Part shown: in pieces, positions 1-10,300 of the stretch
Layout: every line of letters begins with the position of its first letter
Numbering within the stretch: position 1 is the first letter of the stretch
Source: Candidatus Bathyarchaeia archaeon
GTDB lineage: Archaea; Thermoproteota; Bathyarchaeia; Bathyarchaeales; Bathycorpusculaceae
Assembly (NCBI GenBank): GCA_038883775.1
Contig: JAVZLM010000002.1
Span: 32,001-96,000, forward strand
Length of the DNA: 64,000 bases
Reading direction: 5' to 3'
Position numbers and translations under genes: made by a program
The notes under the pieces: model-generated
The model's input: only the letters and a program-made list of their open reading frames with translations
Told to the model about the DNA's origin: nothing
Databases searched by the model: none

Positions 1-1
1 T

Positions 2-922
2 TATGGTGCGGAAATAAAAATTGGCGGGTTCAGCGGCTATCTATGCGAACTCCTAATTTTGTATTTTAAATCTTTTCTGAAAACCCTAGAGGCTTTTGCA
101 AGGCATAAGAAGAGAATAACCATTGATATTGAAAATCAATACAAGGGAAGAGAGAAGGAACTACAACTCCTCTTCCCAGAGCCACTATTAATTGTCGACC
201 CAGTGGATAAGGGAAGAAATGTAGCCTCCGCAGTGCAACCCCAAAAACTTTACACTTTCATAGCTGCTGCCAGAACCTTCCTAAAAAACCCGAATTTAAA
301 CTTCTTTTATCCGCCAGAAACAAAAGCCCTAACCCAAAAAGAGCTTAAAAATAAGTTGGCAAAACATGGCTCAACACTTATTTTCTTGAGTTTTCCAAAA
401 ATTGAAGCGGTTCCAGATGTTTTATGGGGGCAGCTTTACAAATCTCAACGTTCACTGCATAAACTTCTCAAACTTAACGATTTCATAATATTGAGAGACT
501 TGCCATGGAGTGACGAGAAAAGCATTAACATGTTCCTCTTTGAAATTGAAAAACGCTTCCTTCCGCCGGTTAAGAAGCATTTGGGACCGCCATTGGATAA
601 GGAAAGCGAATGCGAAAAATTCTTGAAAAAACATCTAAACAATCCCCGTACTATTTCTGGACCATATATTGAAGATGGACGGTGGGTTGCAAACATTAAA
701 CGAAAATATACAGATGCTGTGGCTTTGCTTAATGAAAAATTGAAGGATGGTGGTAGAAACGCTGGAATTGCCGAACAAATTGCGCAAACTCTTCTCAAAG
801 GATTCAAAATTTTTGTGGATGACGAAATAGTTGAGGTTTATGAGAAGAACAGGGATTTTGCGGTTTTTCTAACAGAATTTCTTTCTGGAAAGCCTAAATG
901 GCTAGAAAACACTAAAACCTAG
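2..922 (+). CDS. cca: Archaeal class I CCA-adding enzyme (tRNA nucleotidyltransferase), 5'-truncated by the window edge
   Basis: Frame is open from base 2 (YGAEIKIGGFSGYLCELLIL); also DPVDKGRNVASAV, PDVLWGQL and HLGPP motifs. Confidence 0.93.
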   Translation, partial: YGAEIKIGGFSGYLCELLILYFKSFLKTLEAFARHKKRITIDIENQYKGREKELQLLFPEPLLIVDPVDKGRNVASAVQPQKLYTFIAAARTFLKNPNLNFFYPPETKALTQKELKNKLAKHGSTLIFLSFPKIEAVPDVLWGQLYKSQRSLHKLLKLNDFIILRDLPWSDEKSINMFLFEIEKRFLPPVKKHLGPPLDKESECEKFLKKHLNNPRTISGPYIEDGRWVANIKRKYTDAVALLNEKLKDGGRNAGIAEQIAQTLLKGFKIFVDDEIVEVYEKNRDFAVFLTEFLSGKPKWLENTKT

Positions 923-1696
923 CGCAAGAGACAATAAGGCGACAAACCAACAATAGAAAGCAAAAAAGTAAAGCCTTTGCTTAGCAAGGATTTTCCACAA
1001 TAGTTTCAAAGCTAAATAGCCAACAACCATCGCCACAACTGAGCCTATTAAAACTTCTGTCCAGCCATATCCAACGGAGGTTAATGCTTTCGCTTGGGTA
1101 TAGGCTTTTAGACTAAAGGCTCCAAGAATTGCTGGAACTGAAAGTAGGAAAGAGAATTGGAAAGCTTTTTCACGTCTTATTCCCAACAAAAGCGCAACAG
1201 CGATGGTTGTTCCGCTTCGTGAAATGCCCGGTGCTATGGCTATGCCTTGGGCTATGCCTATCATTAAGGCGTTTAGATAGCTTATGCTTTCAGTTCTCTC
1301 TTTTCCAGCTTTTGTTGAGTAGAGGATTATTCCACATAAAATAAAAGCAGCAGCTATTGGTAGGGGGACTTGAAAAATCTTTTCGATGGCGTTGCCAAAT
1401 ATCAAGCCTATTAGGGCTGTTGGTATTGTTCCCACAATTATTAATGGTATTAACCTTCCATTTTCTGTTTTTAAATCAAAACGAAAAAGCGCTGAAATTA
1501 CTTCTTTAATTTCTTTTTTGAAGTAGATTAAAATGACTATTAACGTTCCAATATGTAATGCGATATCAAATAAGATTGGCACTTCTAAGCCTAAAAAATA
1601 TTCAAGAAGTCTTAGGTGCCCAGTACTCGAAATAGGAAGCCACTCTGTTAAACCTTGAATTACGCCGAGGATTATGGTTTCTATTAACTGCTCCAA
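902..1696 (-). CDS. uppP: Undecaprenyl-diphosphate phosphatase (BacA/UppP family)
   Basis: QGLTEWLPISSTGHL and PGISRSGTT motifs; multi-TM. Confidence 0.92.
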   Translation of the reverse strand: MEQLIETIILGVIQGLTEWLPISSTGHLRLLEYFLGLEVPILFDIALHIGTLIVILIYFKKEIKEVISALFRFDLKTENGRLIPLIIVGTIPTALIGLIFGNAIEKIFQVPLPIAAAFILCGIILYSTKAGKERTESISYLNALMIGIAQGIAIAPGISRSGTTIAVALLLGIRREKAFQFSFLLSVPAILGAFSLKAYTQAKALTSVGYGWTEVLIGSVVAMVVGYLALKLLWKILAKQRLYFFAFYCWFVALLSLALGFSVF

Positions 1697-1787
1697 AGCG
1701 GGTTCGCCACTTTTCCACTTTTATTTTCTGGTTAAGTTTAAAAGACTAATTCATATAGCATTATCCTCTAAGGTTGGTGTCTAATCC

Positions 1788-2330
1788 ATGAGCGAGTATC
1801 CGCCTGGAAGTGTTGAAGATCGTGAGATGCTGGCTAAAATGCCGATTGAAAAGTTGATTGACTACTTTTTCCTTCAAATCCGAAACCTATGGAGAGTTGA
1901 CGGCTTATATTTCTTGGGTATAGAAAAGAAGTTTGGAACCGAGGCGGCAACGGAAATTGATGCTGGAGTTTGGGAGGCCATGGCAGCCATAGAAGCCAAA
2001 AGCCTACAAAAAATGTTTCAGGTTGGCGAAAACCCAGACATACCGACGATAATGGAGCTTTTGCGAAAGTCAAGTTGGGCTTTAGACCAACCTTTCAAGA
2101 CAGTTGAAATAAGCAGTAAAAAGGCTGTTTTGAGCATTAACCGTTGTAGAACGCAGGAAACCCGTTTAAGTAAGGGATTAAATGAATTTCCATGCAAAAA
2201 AGTGCGGTTTGGCTATCTGAAAAATTTTGCAAAAACATTAAACCTAAAAGTGGAAGTAAACTGCCTAGTTTGTCCGCCAGACAAACATCCAAAAGATTTA
2301 TGGTGCAAATGGGAATTTACACTACCTTAA
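1788..2330 (+). CDS. DUF6125-like protein (V4R/ATC-hydrolase-like fold)
   Basis: W.VDGLYFLGIEKKFG..AA, CRTQ..R, FPCK, C..CPPD.HP..WC.WEF. Confidence 0.7.
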   Translation: MSEYPPGSVEDREMLAKMPIEKLIDYFFLQIRNLWRVDGLYFLGIEKKFGTEAATEIDAGVWEAMAAIEAKSLQKMFQVGENPDIPTIMELLRKSSWALDQPFKTVEISSKKAVLSINRCRTQETRLSKGLNEFPCKKVRFGYLKNFAKTLNLKVEVNCLVCPPDKHPKDLWCKWEFTLP

Positions 2331-2369
2331 AGTATGTATCACTGCTCGCTTGTTTTGCTGCTTTCTCTT

Positions 2370-2933
2370 TTACATGTGACGCGTTTTTGAATATGCTTCC
2401 CTTACACTAATTGGTTTCTGCTCTTCCGAAAAGGCTACTAAGGACAACAATAAAAGTACAAATCCGAACATTAAAAATCCAAAAGCTGTATTAAGTGATT
2501 GCTGTATTACCGCTAATATTAAAAATACTCCAATAAAGATCATGGATGCTATGAATAGAAAAATTGCTTTCGCTCTGGACGCTTGTGTTCGATTTTTGTG
2601 ACATCGGACACATAAATATAATTTTTCATTTTTAGTTTCGAAAATGTATAGGCAATTGTCGCAGTAACTTTTGTTGCAATCATTGCAAAGTCCTATGGCT
2701 AAAGTGTCTGGATGATTTGGACATCTTTGAATTAATCCTCCCAAACGTGGCGGAACAAGCATAGTGGCACCGCAATAATGACATTTTACCTGAACAACTC
2801 CTGCAGGAATTAACTCTTTATAGGGTGCTCCACAAAATGGGCATAAAAAAGCCTCCGTCTTCTCAGTTTTTGCTTGATTATTGTTTTGCATAAAACTAAA
2901 CTTCGCCCTCTTCTGGAATTGTGTTATCCACAA
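2370..2933 (-). CDS. Zinc-ribbon + B-box-like zinc-finger membrane protein
   Basis: CPFC..CHYC, then CPNH..C..C...YC..C..LC..C, and two C-terminal TM helices; true start may be the downstream ATG (MQNNN). Confidence 0.6.
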   Translation of the reverse strand: MWITQFQKRAKFSFMQNNNQAKTEKTEAFLCPFCGAPYKELIPAGVVQVKCHYCGATMLVPPRLGGLIQRCPNHPDTLAIGLCNDCNKSYCDNCLYIFETKNEKLYLCVRCHKNRTQASRAKAIFLFIASMIFIGVFLILAVIQQSLNTAFGFLMFGFVLLLLSLVAFSEEQKPISVREAYSKTRHM

Positions 2934-3279
2934 CTTTAATCCATCTTGTGGCTAGGATTTGGTTGAAGTCTTCGCTTTTTGGGTCAAGGTCGCTGGCAAC
3001 CAAGTGCCAGTGGTCGTTTATAGTGGCGAAGGTTGAATCCATAATCACAAATTTTGGAGTGTAACTGAAAACTTTTCGCCCTATTTTTGAAAGGATGTCC
3101 AAAGCCCTTTCAACAGCCTTATAGGGTATCGTGTGCTCATGCTTCCTATAAACTATCATAATCCTTTCTCTATGACCTTTCAAGGTTTTTGTTCTCAAAA
3201 CAATGAAGGACTGGTCTGCATAGAATATTTTCTCCTTGTCTAAGTCTAATTCGCATAGTGGACAGTTTAAGGCTTTCAC
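2896..3279 (-). CDS. HIT-like protein with N-terminal CxxC
   Basis: CPLC, KHEH and HWHL (degenerate histidine triad). Confidence 0.55.
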   Translation of the reverse strand: MKALNCPLCELDLDKEKIFYADQSFIVLRTKTLKGHRERIMIVYRKHEHTIPYKAVERALDILSKIGRKVFSYTPKFVIMDSTFATINDHWHLVASDLDPKSEDFNQILATRWIKVVDNTIPEEGEV

Positions 3280-3347
3280 GAAACTTTGCCCTCACAGTTT
3301 ATTTGTAACTTTCAAGATATAAACAAAACTCTTAATGTAAACATTGA

Positions 3348-3650
3348 GTGAAAGAGGAGCGAATAAAGTTGAAGATATTGCTTGATGAAATGTATGCTGG
3401 TTTGAAAGAGTATTTTGAAACTTTTGGCTGGAAAGTAGTTACGGTTCAAGAGGTGGGGCTTCAGGGAGCAAGGGATAGGGATGTGGTGGAATACGCTAAG
3501 AAAAACAATCTATTATTAGTCACGCAAGACCAGAAACCAGCAGACCTCGCAGAACTTATGGGAGTCAAATACGTGTTAATTTCTAATGCCATGATTGCGA
3601 AAATAGCAAATGAAAGGATAAAAGAAAAATATCCGGACATAAAACCTTAA
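3348..3650 (+). CDS. PIN-like protein (DUF5615/Mut7-C family)
   Basis: KILLDEM...GARDRDVVEYA...LLVTQD. Confidence 0.75.
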   Translation: MKEERIKLKILLDEMYAGLKEYFETFGWKVVTVQEVGLQGARDRDVVEYAKKNNLLLVTQDQKPADLAELMGVKYVLISNAMIAKIANERIKEKYPDIKP

Positions 3651-3664
3651 GGCAGTGACCATAC

Positions 3665-3925
3665 ATGTCCACAATAGAAGTTAAAGTTGTAAGCCAAAAG
3701 GGAAAATGTGCTTTCGGACATAAGGTAGGCGACAAAATAGTTTTTGATGGGAAATCCGTGAAAGGCGACATCTGCTATAGTGCGCTCATGGTTTTATTGC
3801 CAAAAGTCTATGCCATGCGTTACGGCGTCGAATTTCCATGGAGCAAAGACAAGGATGTTATATTCAATGCTTGTCCAGATGCAGAAAACCCCGTGGTTTT
3901 TGAAATTCGAAGAATAAGAAAATAG
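3665..3925 (+). CDS. TIGR04076-family small Cys protein
   Basis: GKC..GHKVGD, IC..A, ACPD..NPVVFEI. Confidence 0.75.
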   Translation: MSTIEVKVVSQKGKCAFGHKVGDKIVFDGKSVKGDICYSALMVLLPKVYAMRYGVEFPWSKDKDVIFNACPDAENPVVFEIRRIRK

Positions 3926-3932
3926 CCAATCT

Positions 3933-5006
3933 CTAAACGAGTGTCCTTTGTTTTTCCGCCGATGTGAAATTTGAAACCCTAACACCTATCAACCTCATTT
4001 TTCTGTCTTGCCTCAAATAGGTTTGTAACAATTCCTTTGATGTTTTCTTCAGTTCATCTAACTGATTTGTTATTAGGGGCAAGGTTTTGCTATGAGTGTG
4101 AGTTTCAAAATTTTCATAACGCACTTTTATTGTGACAGTTTTGAAGTAAAGATTCTGCCTCAAAACGTCTTTGTGCACTTCTTCTGAAAGCCCATCCAAA
4201 GCCTTTAGGACAAAATCGAAGTCTGATGTGTCTTCTTCAAAGGTTGTTTCGCGGCTTATTGATTTTATTTCGCCTCTTTCTTCGACCTTACTTCTGTCAA
4301 TGCCATGCGCCATCAAATACATTTGGGTTCCCATGCTGCCGAAAATTTCCGCTAATGCTGTAGGGTTATAGTGCGCTAATTCGCCTATGGTTTTTATTCC
4401 TATAGTCTTCAGTTTTTGTTCAGTTTTTCTTCCAACCCAAAGAAGTTTACGCACTGGTAATGGAGCAAGAAAATTTTCGGCTTCCTCTTCCCTAACAATG
4501 GTTAAGCCGTCTGGTTTTTTATAGTCGCTGGCGATTTTAGCAAGGAGCTTATTTGGACCGACCCCTATGGAACAGGTGAGCCCTTCGCTTTCAAAGATTT
4601 TTTTCTTAATTTCCCTTGCCAGAGCTTCTGCTTCTGTGTAGTCTTTCACTTTTGATGTTACATCTAAGAAGGCTTCGTCTATGCCCCACTGTTCAAACTT
4701 ATCCGCATATTTCCTCAGCAAACCCATTATTCTTTCTGAAACTTTCGTGTAAAGCTCATAGTTGACTGGAAGATAAACGGCTTGTGGACAGAGTTTCCAA
4801 GCCCTTGATATTGGCATTCCAGAGCGTACGCCATATTTTCTTGCCTCATAATTGCATGTGCTTACAACTCCTCTGCCCTTTCCAGCTTTTGGGTCAGCGC
4901 CAACAATTACTGGTTTTCCCTTGTATTCTGGATGTTCCCTTTCTTCGATTGCTGTGAAGAAGTGGTCCATGTCCACGTGGAATATTATTCGCCTTTTTTC
5001 GCTCAT
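3933..5006 (-). CDS. dinB: DNA polymerase IV (Y family)
   Basis: HVDMDHFF, STCNYEARKYGVRSGMP, IDEAFLD, AKIASDYKKPDG. Confidence 0.96.
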   Translation of the reverse strand: MSEKRRIIFHVDMDHFFTAIEEREHPEYKGKPVIVGADPKAGKGRGVVSTCNYEARKYGVRSGMPISRAWKLCPQAVYLPVNYELYTKVSERIMGLLRKYADKFEQWGIDEAFLDVTSKVKDYTEAEALAREIKKKIFESEGLTCSIGVGPNKLLAKIASDYKKPDGLTIVREEEAENFLAPLPVRKLLWVGRKTEQKLKTIGIKTIGELAHYNPTALAEIFGSMGTQMYLMAHGIDRSKVEERGEIKSISRETTFEEDTSDFDFVLKALDGLSEEVHKDVLRQNLYFKTVTIKVRYENFETHTHSKTLPLITNQLDELKKTSKELLQTYLRQDRKMRLIGVRVSNFTSAEKQRTLV

Positions 5007-5124
5007 AATTTCTTTTCCAAAAAAGTTATTCTAATTGGGTAATTTGAACCTATCGCAAAAATGAATGTGTACGAAATTAGGACTATGTTTAGCTACACTA
5101 ACGATTTTCCATTCATAACCCTTA

Positions 5125-5397
5125 ATGCCACCCAAACCAAAAAATAAAGAAAAGTTGGAGGAACCTGTCATGAAGGAAATATCCCATGAGGCTGCCCGTC
5201 AAATAGCCGTCGAATTCCTCAAACAAAGAAAAAAGACAGAGAAAATAGAAATTTCCACTGTGGAGCAGAAGGGCGACGGTTGGATTGTGAGGGGCACTTG
5301 CCCAATAGATTTGGAAGGTCATCCATGGGCTGAAAAATTCGAGGTTGTCGTTGACCAAAAGGGAAGAATTAAATCAACAGACTTTGCGCTTTTATAA
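5125..5397 (+). CDS. Small hypothetical protein (PepSY-like topology)
   Basis: 90-aa ORF: helix (EAARQIAVEFL) followed by beta strands (W.VRG..FEVVVD..G.I). Confidence 0.55.
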   Translation: MPPKPKNKEKLEEPVMKEISHEAARQIAVEFLKQRKKTEKIEISTVEQKGDGWIVRGTCPIDLEGHPWAEKFEVVVDQKGRIKSTDFALL

Positions 5398-5406
5398 GAT
5401 GTTTTT

Positions 5407-6081
5407 TCAGCTTTGAAGTTTTATTTTTCCGTCCTGGATCGTGTAAATTGAATCAGCAACATCAACTATTTTTTCGTCATGCGTCGCCACTATAACTGTT
5501 TTCTTTTCATCTCTATTTATGTCAAAAAGTAAAGTAATAATTTCTTTAGCGGTTTTTGAATCCAACTCGCCCGTGGGCTCATCTGCAATGATTACTTCTG
5601 GATTGTTGGCTAATGCTCTCGCAATGGCTACACGTTGCATCTCACCCATGCTCAACTCTTTGGGTCGATGATAAAGCCGATTACCTAAACCAACAATCTC
5701 TAAAAGCCTTTGAGCCCTTTCTCTTTGTTCTTTTTGGGGCTTACCAGCCAAAGCCATAGGCAACTCCACATTTTCTAAGGCGTTAAGCGTGGGCAACAAA
5801 TTGAAAGTCTGGAAAATAAAACCTAAACGAGAAAGGCGAATCTTTCTTCGTTCGCTGCGTGACAACGCTAAAACATCTTTGTCGTCAAAGAAAATTTTTC
5901 CAGAAGTTGGATAATCATTTAACCCTATAAGGTTTAAAAGCGTTGTTTTTCCAGAACCCGAGGGTCCGAGGATGGCTATGAAGCTTGCTTCGTTGATTTC
6001 CATGTTAACGTTGTTGACCGCTGTTATTGTTGATGAACCTAAAATGTATGTTTTTGTCAAGTTAACGGTTTTGATTTTCAT
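5407..6081 (-). CDS. ABC transporter ATP-binding protein (LolD/MacB type)
   Basis: GPSGSGKT, LSMGEMQRVAIARAL, ADEPTG, THD. Confidence 0.93.
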   Translation of the reverse strand: MKIKTVNLTKTYILGSSTITAVNNVNMEINEASFIAILGPSGSGKTTLLNLIGLNDYPTSGKIFFDDKDVLALSRSERRKIRLSRLGFIFQTFNLLPTLNALENVELPMALAGKPQKEQRERAQRLLEIVGLGNRLYHRPKELSMGEMQRVAIARALANNPEVIIADEPTGELDSKTAKEIITLLFDINRDEKKTVIVATHDEKIVDVADSIYTIQDGKIKLQS

Positions 6082-7274
6082 TAGTATTCAGCTCTCAGAA
6101 CTTCTGCTATGCGCATTCTAATCGCGTTTATTGCTGGAAGTATTCCTCCAAAGCAGCATACAAGAACAATGGCTACGAAAATTTCGATCATGTAAACTGG
6201 TGGAACAACTTCGAAAAGGCTTGGGAAAAACTGTTGAAGTGGTATGTTTGTGTAAAGGCTTGCAAGGACAATGGCGGAAAAAGAGCCTGAGGCTATGCCT
6301 AATATGCCGCCTAAAACTCCAATCAGCATTGCTTCAAAAACCACAACACGAAAAACATAGCTTAGGGGTGCGCCTATGGCGTCTAAAGTTGCAAAATCTC
6401 TTCGCCTTTCCGAGACACTCATAAGGGTTACGGTCATCACAAGTATTAGGCTCATGAAGAAAACTACAGTTTGTATGCCCACATTCCACATCTCAACTTG
6501 AGCAAGAATGGGCTGAATCATATCATTCCTTTCATCTTCCGTTAAAGCATTAATAGACTCCACTTGTCTCTCTATTTCATCTGCCAAATCCTTCTGCGAA
6601 AATCCTTGAACTGGTTTCGCAGTGATTATGTTAATTCTTCCTGGATAATAGATTGTTTGTGCAAGTTTGAGCGGCATTATTATGCTTCGAGTTAGTATGG
6701 CTAATCTTGTGTCTAAAATTCCCGTGACATTCAATTCATAACCGTTTACTTCTATTATTGAACCAACTGTAAAATTGTATTGTTCTGCTAAGGATGGACC
6801 TACAACAACCTCATAACTTGACTCGTTTGTGGGAAGACGCCCTCCTTTTTCTAGTGGGTTTGGTCCCAAGAGCATTTGCCAATCTTCTAATGGTATTCCA
6901 AACGTGAAGTTTGGTGGAACTGGAGTGATTATTCCTTCCAATGTTATGGATGTTATAAACAATATTGGAACAGCCTTCTCTACCTTATCCGTTTCGTTTA
7001 TTGTTTGGAGCAAATTTGGTGGGAGAAAGCCTCTTGTTATTGGAATTGCTTGAATAACTATTGTGTCTTTGCTGACAACCATAACTTGTCCACTGAATAA
7101 GATGTTCATTTCTTTAATTACTGTCGTATAACGCATTGTTGTGGCGCCCACGGCGATTACAAATGTTGTTGCTAATGCCACGCCTAAAATGCATAGTGAC
7201 ATTCGCATTTTTCTTCTGAACAGATTTCGAAAGCAGAATGTTAGCAGCCTCGTTTTCGAACGCTCCCTAACCAT
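6081..7274 (-). CDS. ABC transporter permease (FtsX/MacB type)
   Basis: N-terminal TM, extracellular domain, SVSERRRDFATLDAIGA, C-terminal TMs ending AEVLRAE. Confidence 0.9.
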   Translation of the reverse strand: MVRERSKTRLLTFCFRNLFRRKMRMSLCILGVALATTFVIAVGATTMRYTTVIKEMNILFSGQVMVVSKDTIVIQAIPITRGFLPPNLLQTINETDKVEKAVPILFITSITLEGIITPVPPNFTFGIPLEDWQMLLGPNPLEKGGRLPTNESSYEVVVGPSLAEQYNFTVGSIIEVNGYELNVTGILDTRLAILTRSIIMPLKLAQTIYYPGRINIITAKPVQGFSQKDLADEIERQVESINALTEDERNDMIQPILAQVEMWNVGIQTVVFFMSLILVMTVTLMSVSERRRDFATLDAIGAPLSYVFRVVVFEAMLIGVLGGILGIASGSFSAIVLASLYTNIPLQQFFPSLFEVVPPVYMIEIFVAIVLVCCFGGILPAINAIRMRIAEVLRAEY

Positions 7275-7349
7275 TCGATAATCTTATAAAATTATATATA
7301 AAACATTCACAATTAAGCAATGATTGATTCTTGTAAAAGGTGAAAATGA

Positions 7350-10300
7350 ATGAGAATGAAAAAGTTTTTAGCGCTATCGACAATAGGATTGATTCTTGCC
7401 GCAACCTTCGCCTCAATACTAATTAGTCCACCAGTAATGGCACAATATGTATCATTAACTAGAATCTTTGACTATGGAGAGGACACTGATGGGGACTCAC
7501 TTTACAATTTTTTGGTTGTTGACGTAGAACTTCAAGTGAATACTGCTGGAACATATAAGGTAAGCATAACTTCACTAAGAGATCAATACTATAATTCGTT
7601 GTATTATCAAGTTGAAAATGAAACGTATCTGGATGTTGGGCCGCATAATGTGAGTTTGTCATTCAATGGAATAGCGATTTACGGAAACAAAATTAACGTG
7701 AGCGTGATTAGTGCTATATCTCTCATTTACCGCGTTGGCAACACCTACATTACAGAACTTTTTCCCGAGAGACCTCTATCCCAAACTTACGAGTATACGT
7801 TATTTGATACTGGAGCGGTTTTGACTGGAACATTTTACGATGAGGGCATAGACACGGATGGCGATGGCTTATTAAATTACCTCCAGATTAGTGCAGAAGT
7901 GAATGCTGCTGACGAAGCAGTGTATCAACTCACTGTTTCAGGACTGCAAAAGGTGTCCGACTCTACCTACGAAACAATATACATCTCAAACTCCACACAA
8001 GATTATCTGCTGTTAGGCGTATGGAATTTGACGGTTTGGCTTTATGGACCAACAATTTACGCTTCCCACGCCACTAACATATCTATTGTCAACTGGATAG
8101 AGCTGTACTTTGTTGAAAACGGCAAACGATCGAAACTTGACTATACGTTTTATCAGTCATTAAGCAGACCATACCGTTATGACGAATTTGAAACACCTGC
8201 ATACTTTACTGGAACAATATTTGATGAAGGCGAAGATGAAGACGCTGATGGAAAATTTGACTATTTGAAAATAAGCGCTCAAGCCAATTTCACAGAGGCA
8301 GGTTTCTATTACTTGGAGGTTTCAGGTCTTCTGGATAGTGCTTTTCAGAAAATCCTTGTATTTGGCAATTTGTACGGTTATTTTGATGTTGGCGTTCAAC
8401 TTGTAAACTTGACCCTTTACGGACCACAAATCTACATGTCAAAACTCAACCCAAGATATATTGGAACACTGATTATAAGCACTTATATAGAAGGTTGGGG
8501 AGACTTGCCCACCGATCGCCTCTCCAATATTCCCTTATCTAAAGAGTATAATTACATGGATTTTGAATCCCACGCTTTCTTGACTGGCAACATTTCTGCC
8601 ATGGGCGTTGACACAGACGGCAATGGATTATTTGATTATTTGGCTGTTGGCGTTGAAATTAACGTTACAGAAGCGGGAATGTACGAGATTCACATCGGAG
8701 ATTTGATGGAAAAAACAGACGGCACATATCGCTATCTGCACTATCCTCAATGGGTGACAGACTATTTTGACGTAGGCGTACAAATAGTCTATTTGAACTA
8801 TTCTGGACCGAGACTTGCACATGAACATTTCAGCCCTACAAACGTTAGTGTTATAGAGCTAAACGAACAAGTGTATCCGTACACACAATTAGGCTATATT
8901 CCATCAGCTCCGCTTCCACAAAAATATGATTATACGCTTTTTGATGCTCCTTTGAATGATATACAATTAAACTTTGTTGTCTATCCGAATGGCACAATTG
9001 GCATGGATGGAACAGTCAACTTTACGCATATGTATCCGGAAAACATGGGACCCCAAATAAACGCTTCGATAGACATTTCAACAGCAGATGATCTAACAAC
9101 GGGTTCAGCTAACGGCAGAGTAGTCTTATCAAGCGGCATGTTCGGTTGGCCATTTAACTCTCTTATGGCGAATTTCTCATCAAAATATGATGAAGGCTTA
9201 GTAAATTCAACTTTCAAGGGCGTTCTGTGTGTTCCGCCAGAGGCAAGAAACACCTATCCAGCAAACGCCACAGACTTCAATTTTGTTAGTCTGTATAAAA
9301 ATGGAATGCTTAATGTGGAATTGTGGGGAAAAACCCAAATACCCTCATATGAAGCGGCAATGTTTCCATTTAACGCCACAGACTTGACAATACTCGCAGG
9401 CTACTTAAATGGTGAACTCTCTGGTAACATCACTTTCCACTTAATAGCTGGGGTTCCAGAGCTTGATGTGGTAGTTCATTTCAGAGGCAACAAAACAGAC
9501 CTCATCTTAACAGACGATGTCAACGTGACATATGGAAACTATTTTGGAATGATAATAAATGCTACAACCCTTGAAGGGTTACTTGCTGAATGGAACAGCA
9601 CAATTCCAGGCCCAACGGGCTTGTTGGCTAACATGACTTGGGGCTTGCTGGAATGCACCAGCCTAAACACAACAAAAACCGAATGGCTAGACGGAAAAGG
9701 TGCAGATGTTCAATACAACGCCACAATTCATGGAAACTTCACATTCTTCTTCGCAAGACTCTTAACACTGACATTTTTCGGAGGACCACACGAAGCGGAA
9801 CAAGCCATTTACGCTGCCTTAGAATCAATGTTTTCCTCAGTTGAAAAGGGCTCTTTGACGCTTTACTACTATAAAGATTATGGGATTGCAGAAATTGACA
9901 AGCTAAAGCTTACTTGCGACATTAAGAAATTATGGAATAAAGCATTAGAACTTGTTCCACCAACGCTTCCGCCAGAGTATAAAGCGCCAGTTGAAGCAAT
10001 ACTTATAACAGCGAACGCCACAGCATACGCCATTCAAGAAGCCAGTCTCAACGCAACCTATTCAAGCATAGAAAAAAGGCTGTATTTTGATGCTTATCTC
10101 TTGTCAAACGCAACCCAACTGGAAGAAGAATTAAAAACAATATTACCAGAAACCGTTCCACCAGAACTACTCCCAATATTTGAATCCTATCTCAGCGTCA
10201 CCTACTGTAATTTGACCTATTATGAAACAACAGTTAGATACATTAACGGAACTGCCGACTTCCAAATGAACTGGACCCTTGAAGGCGATTTCAAAGCCCA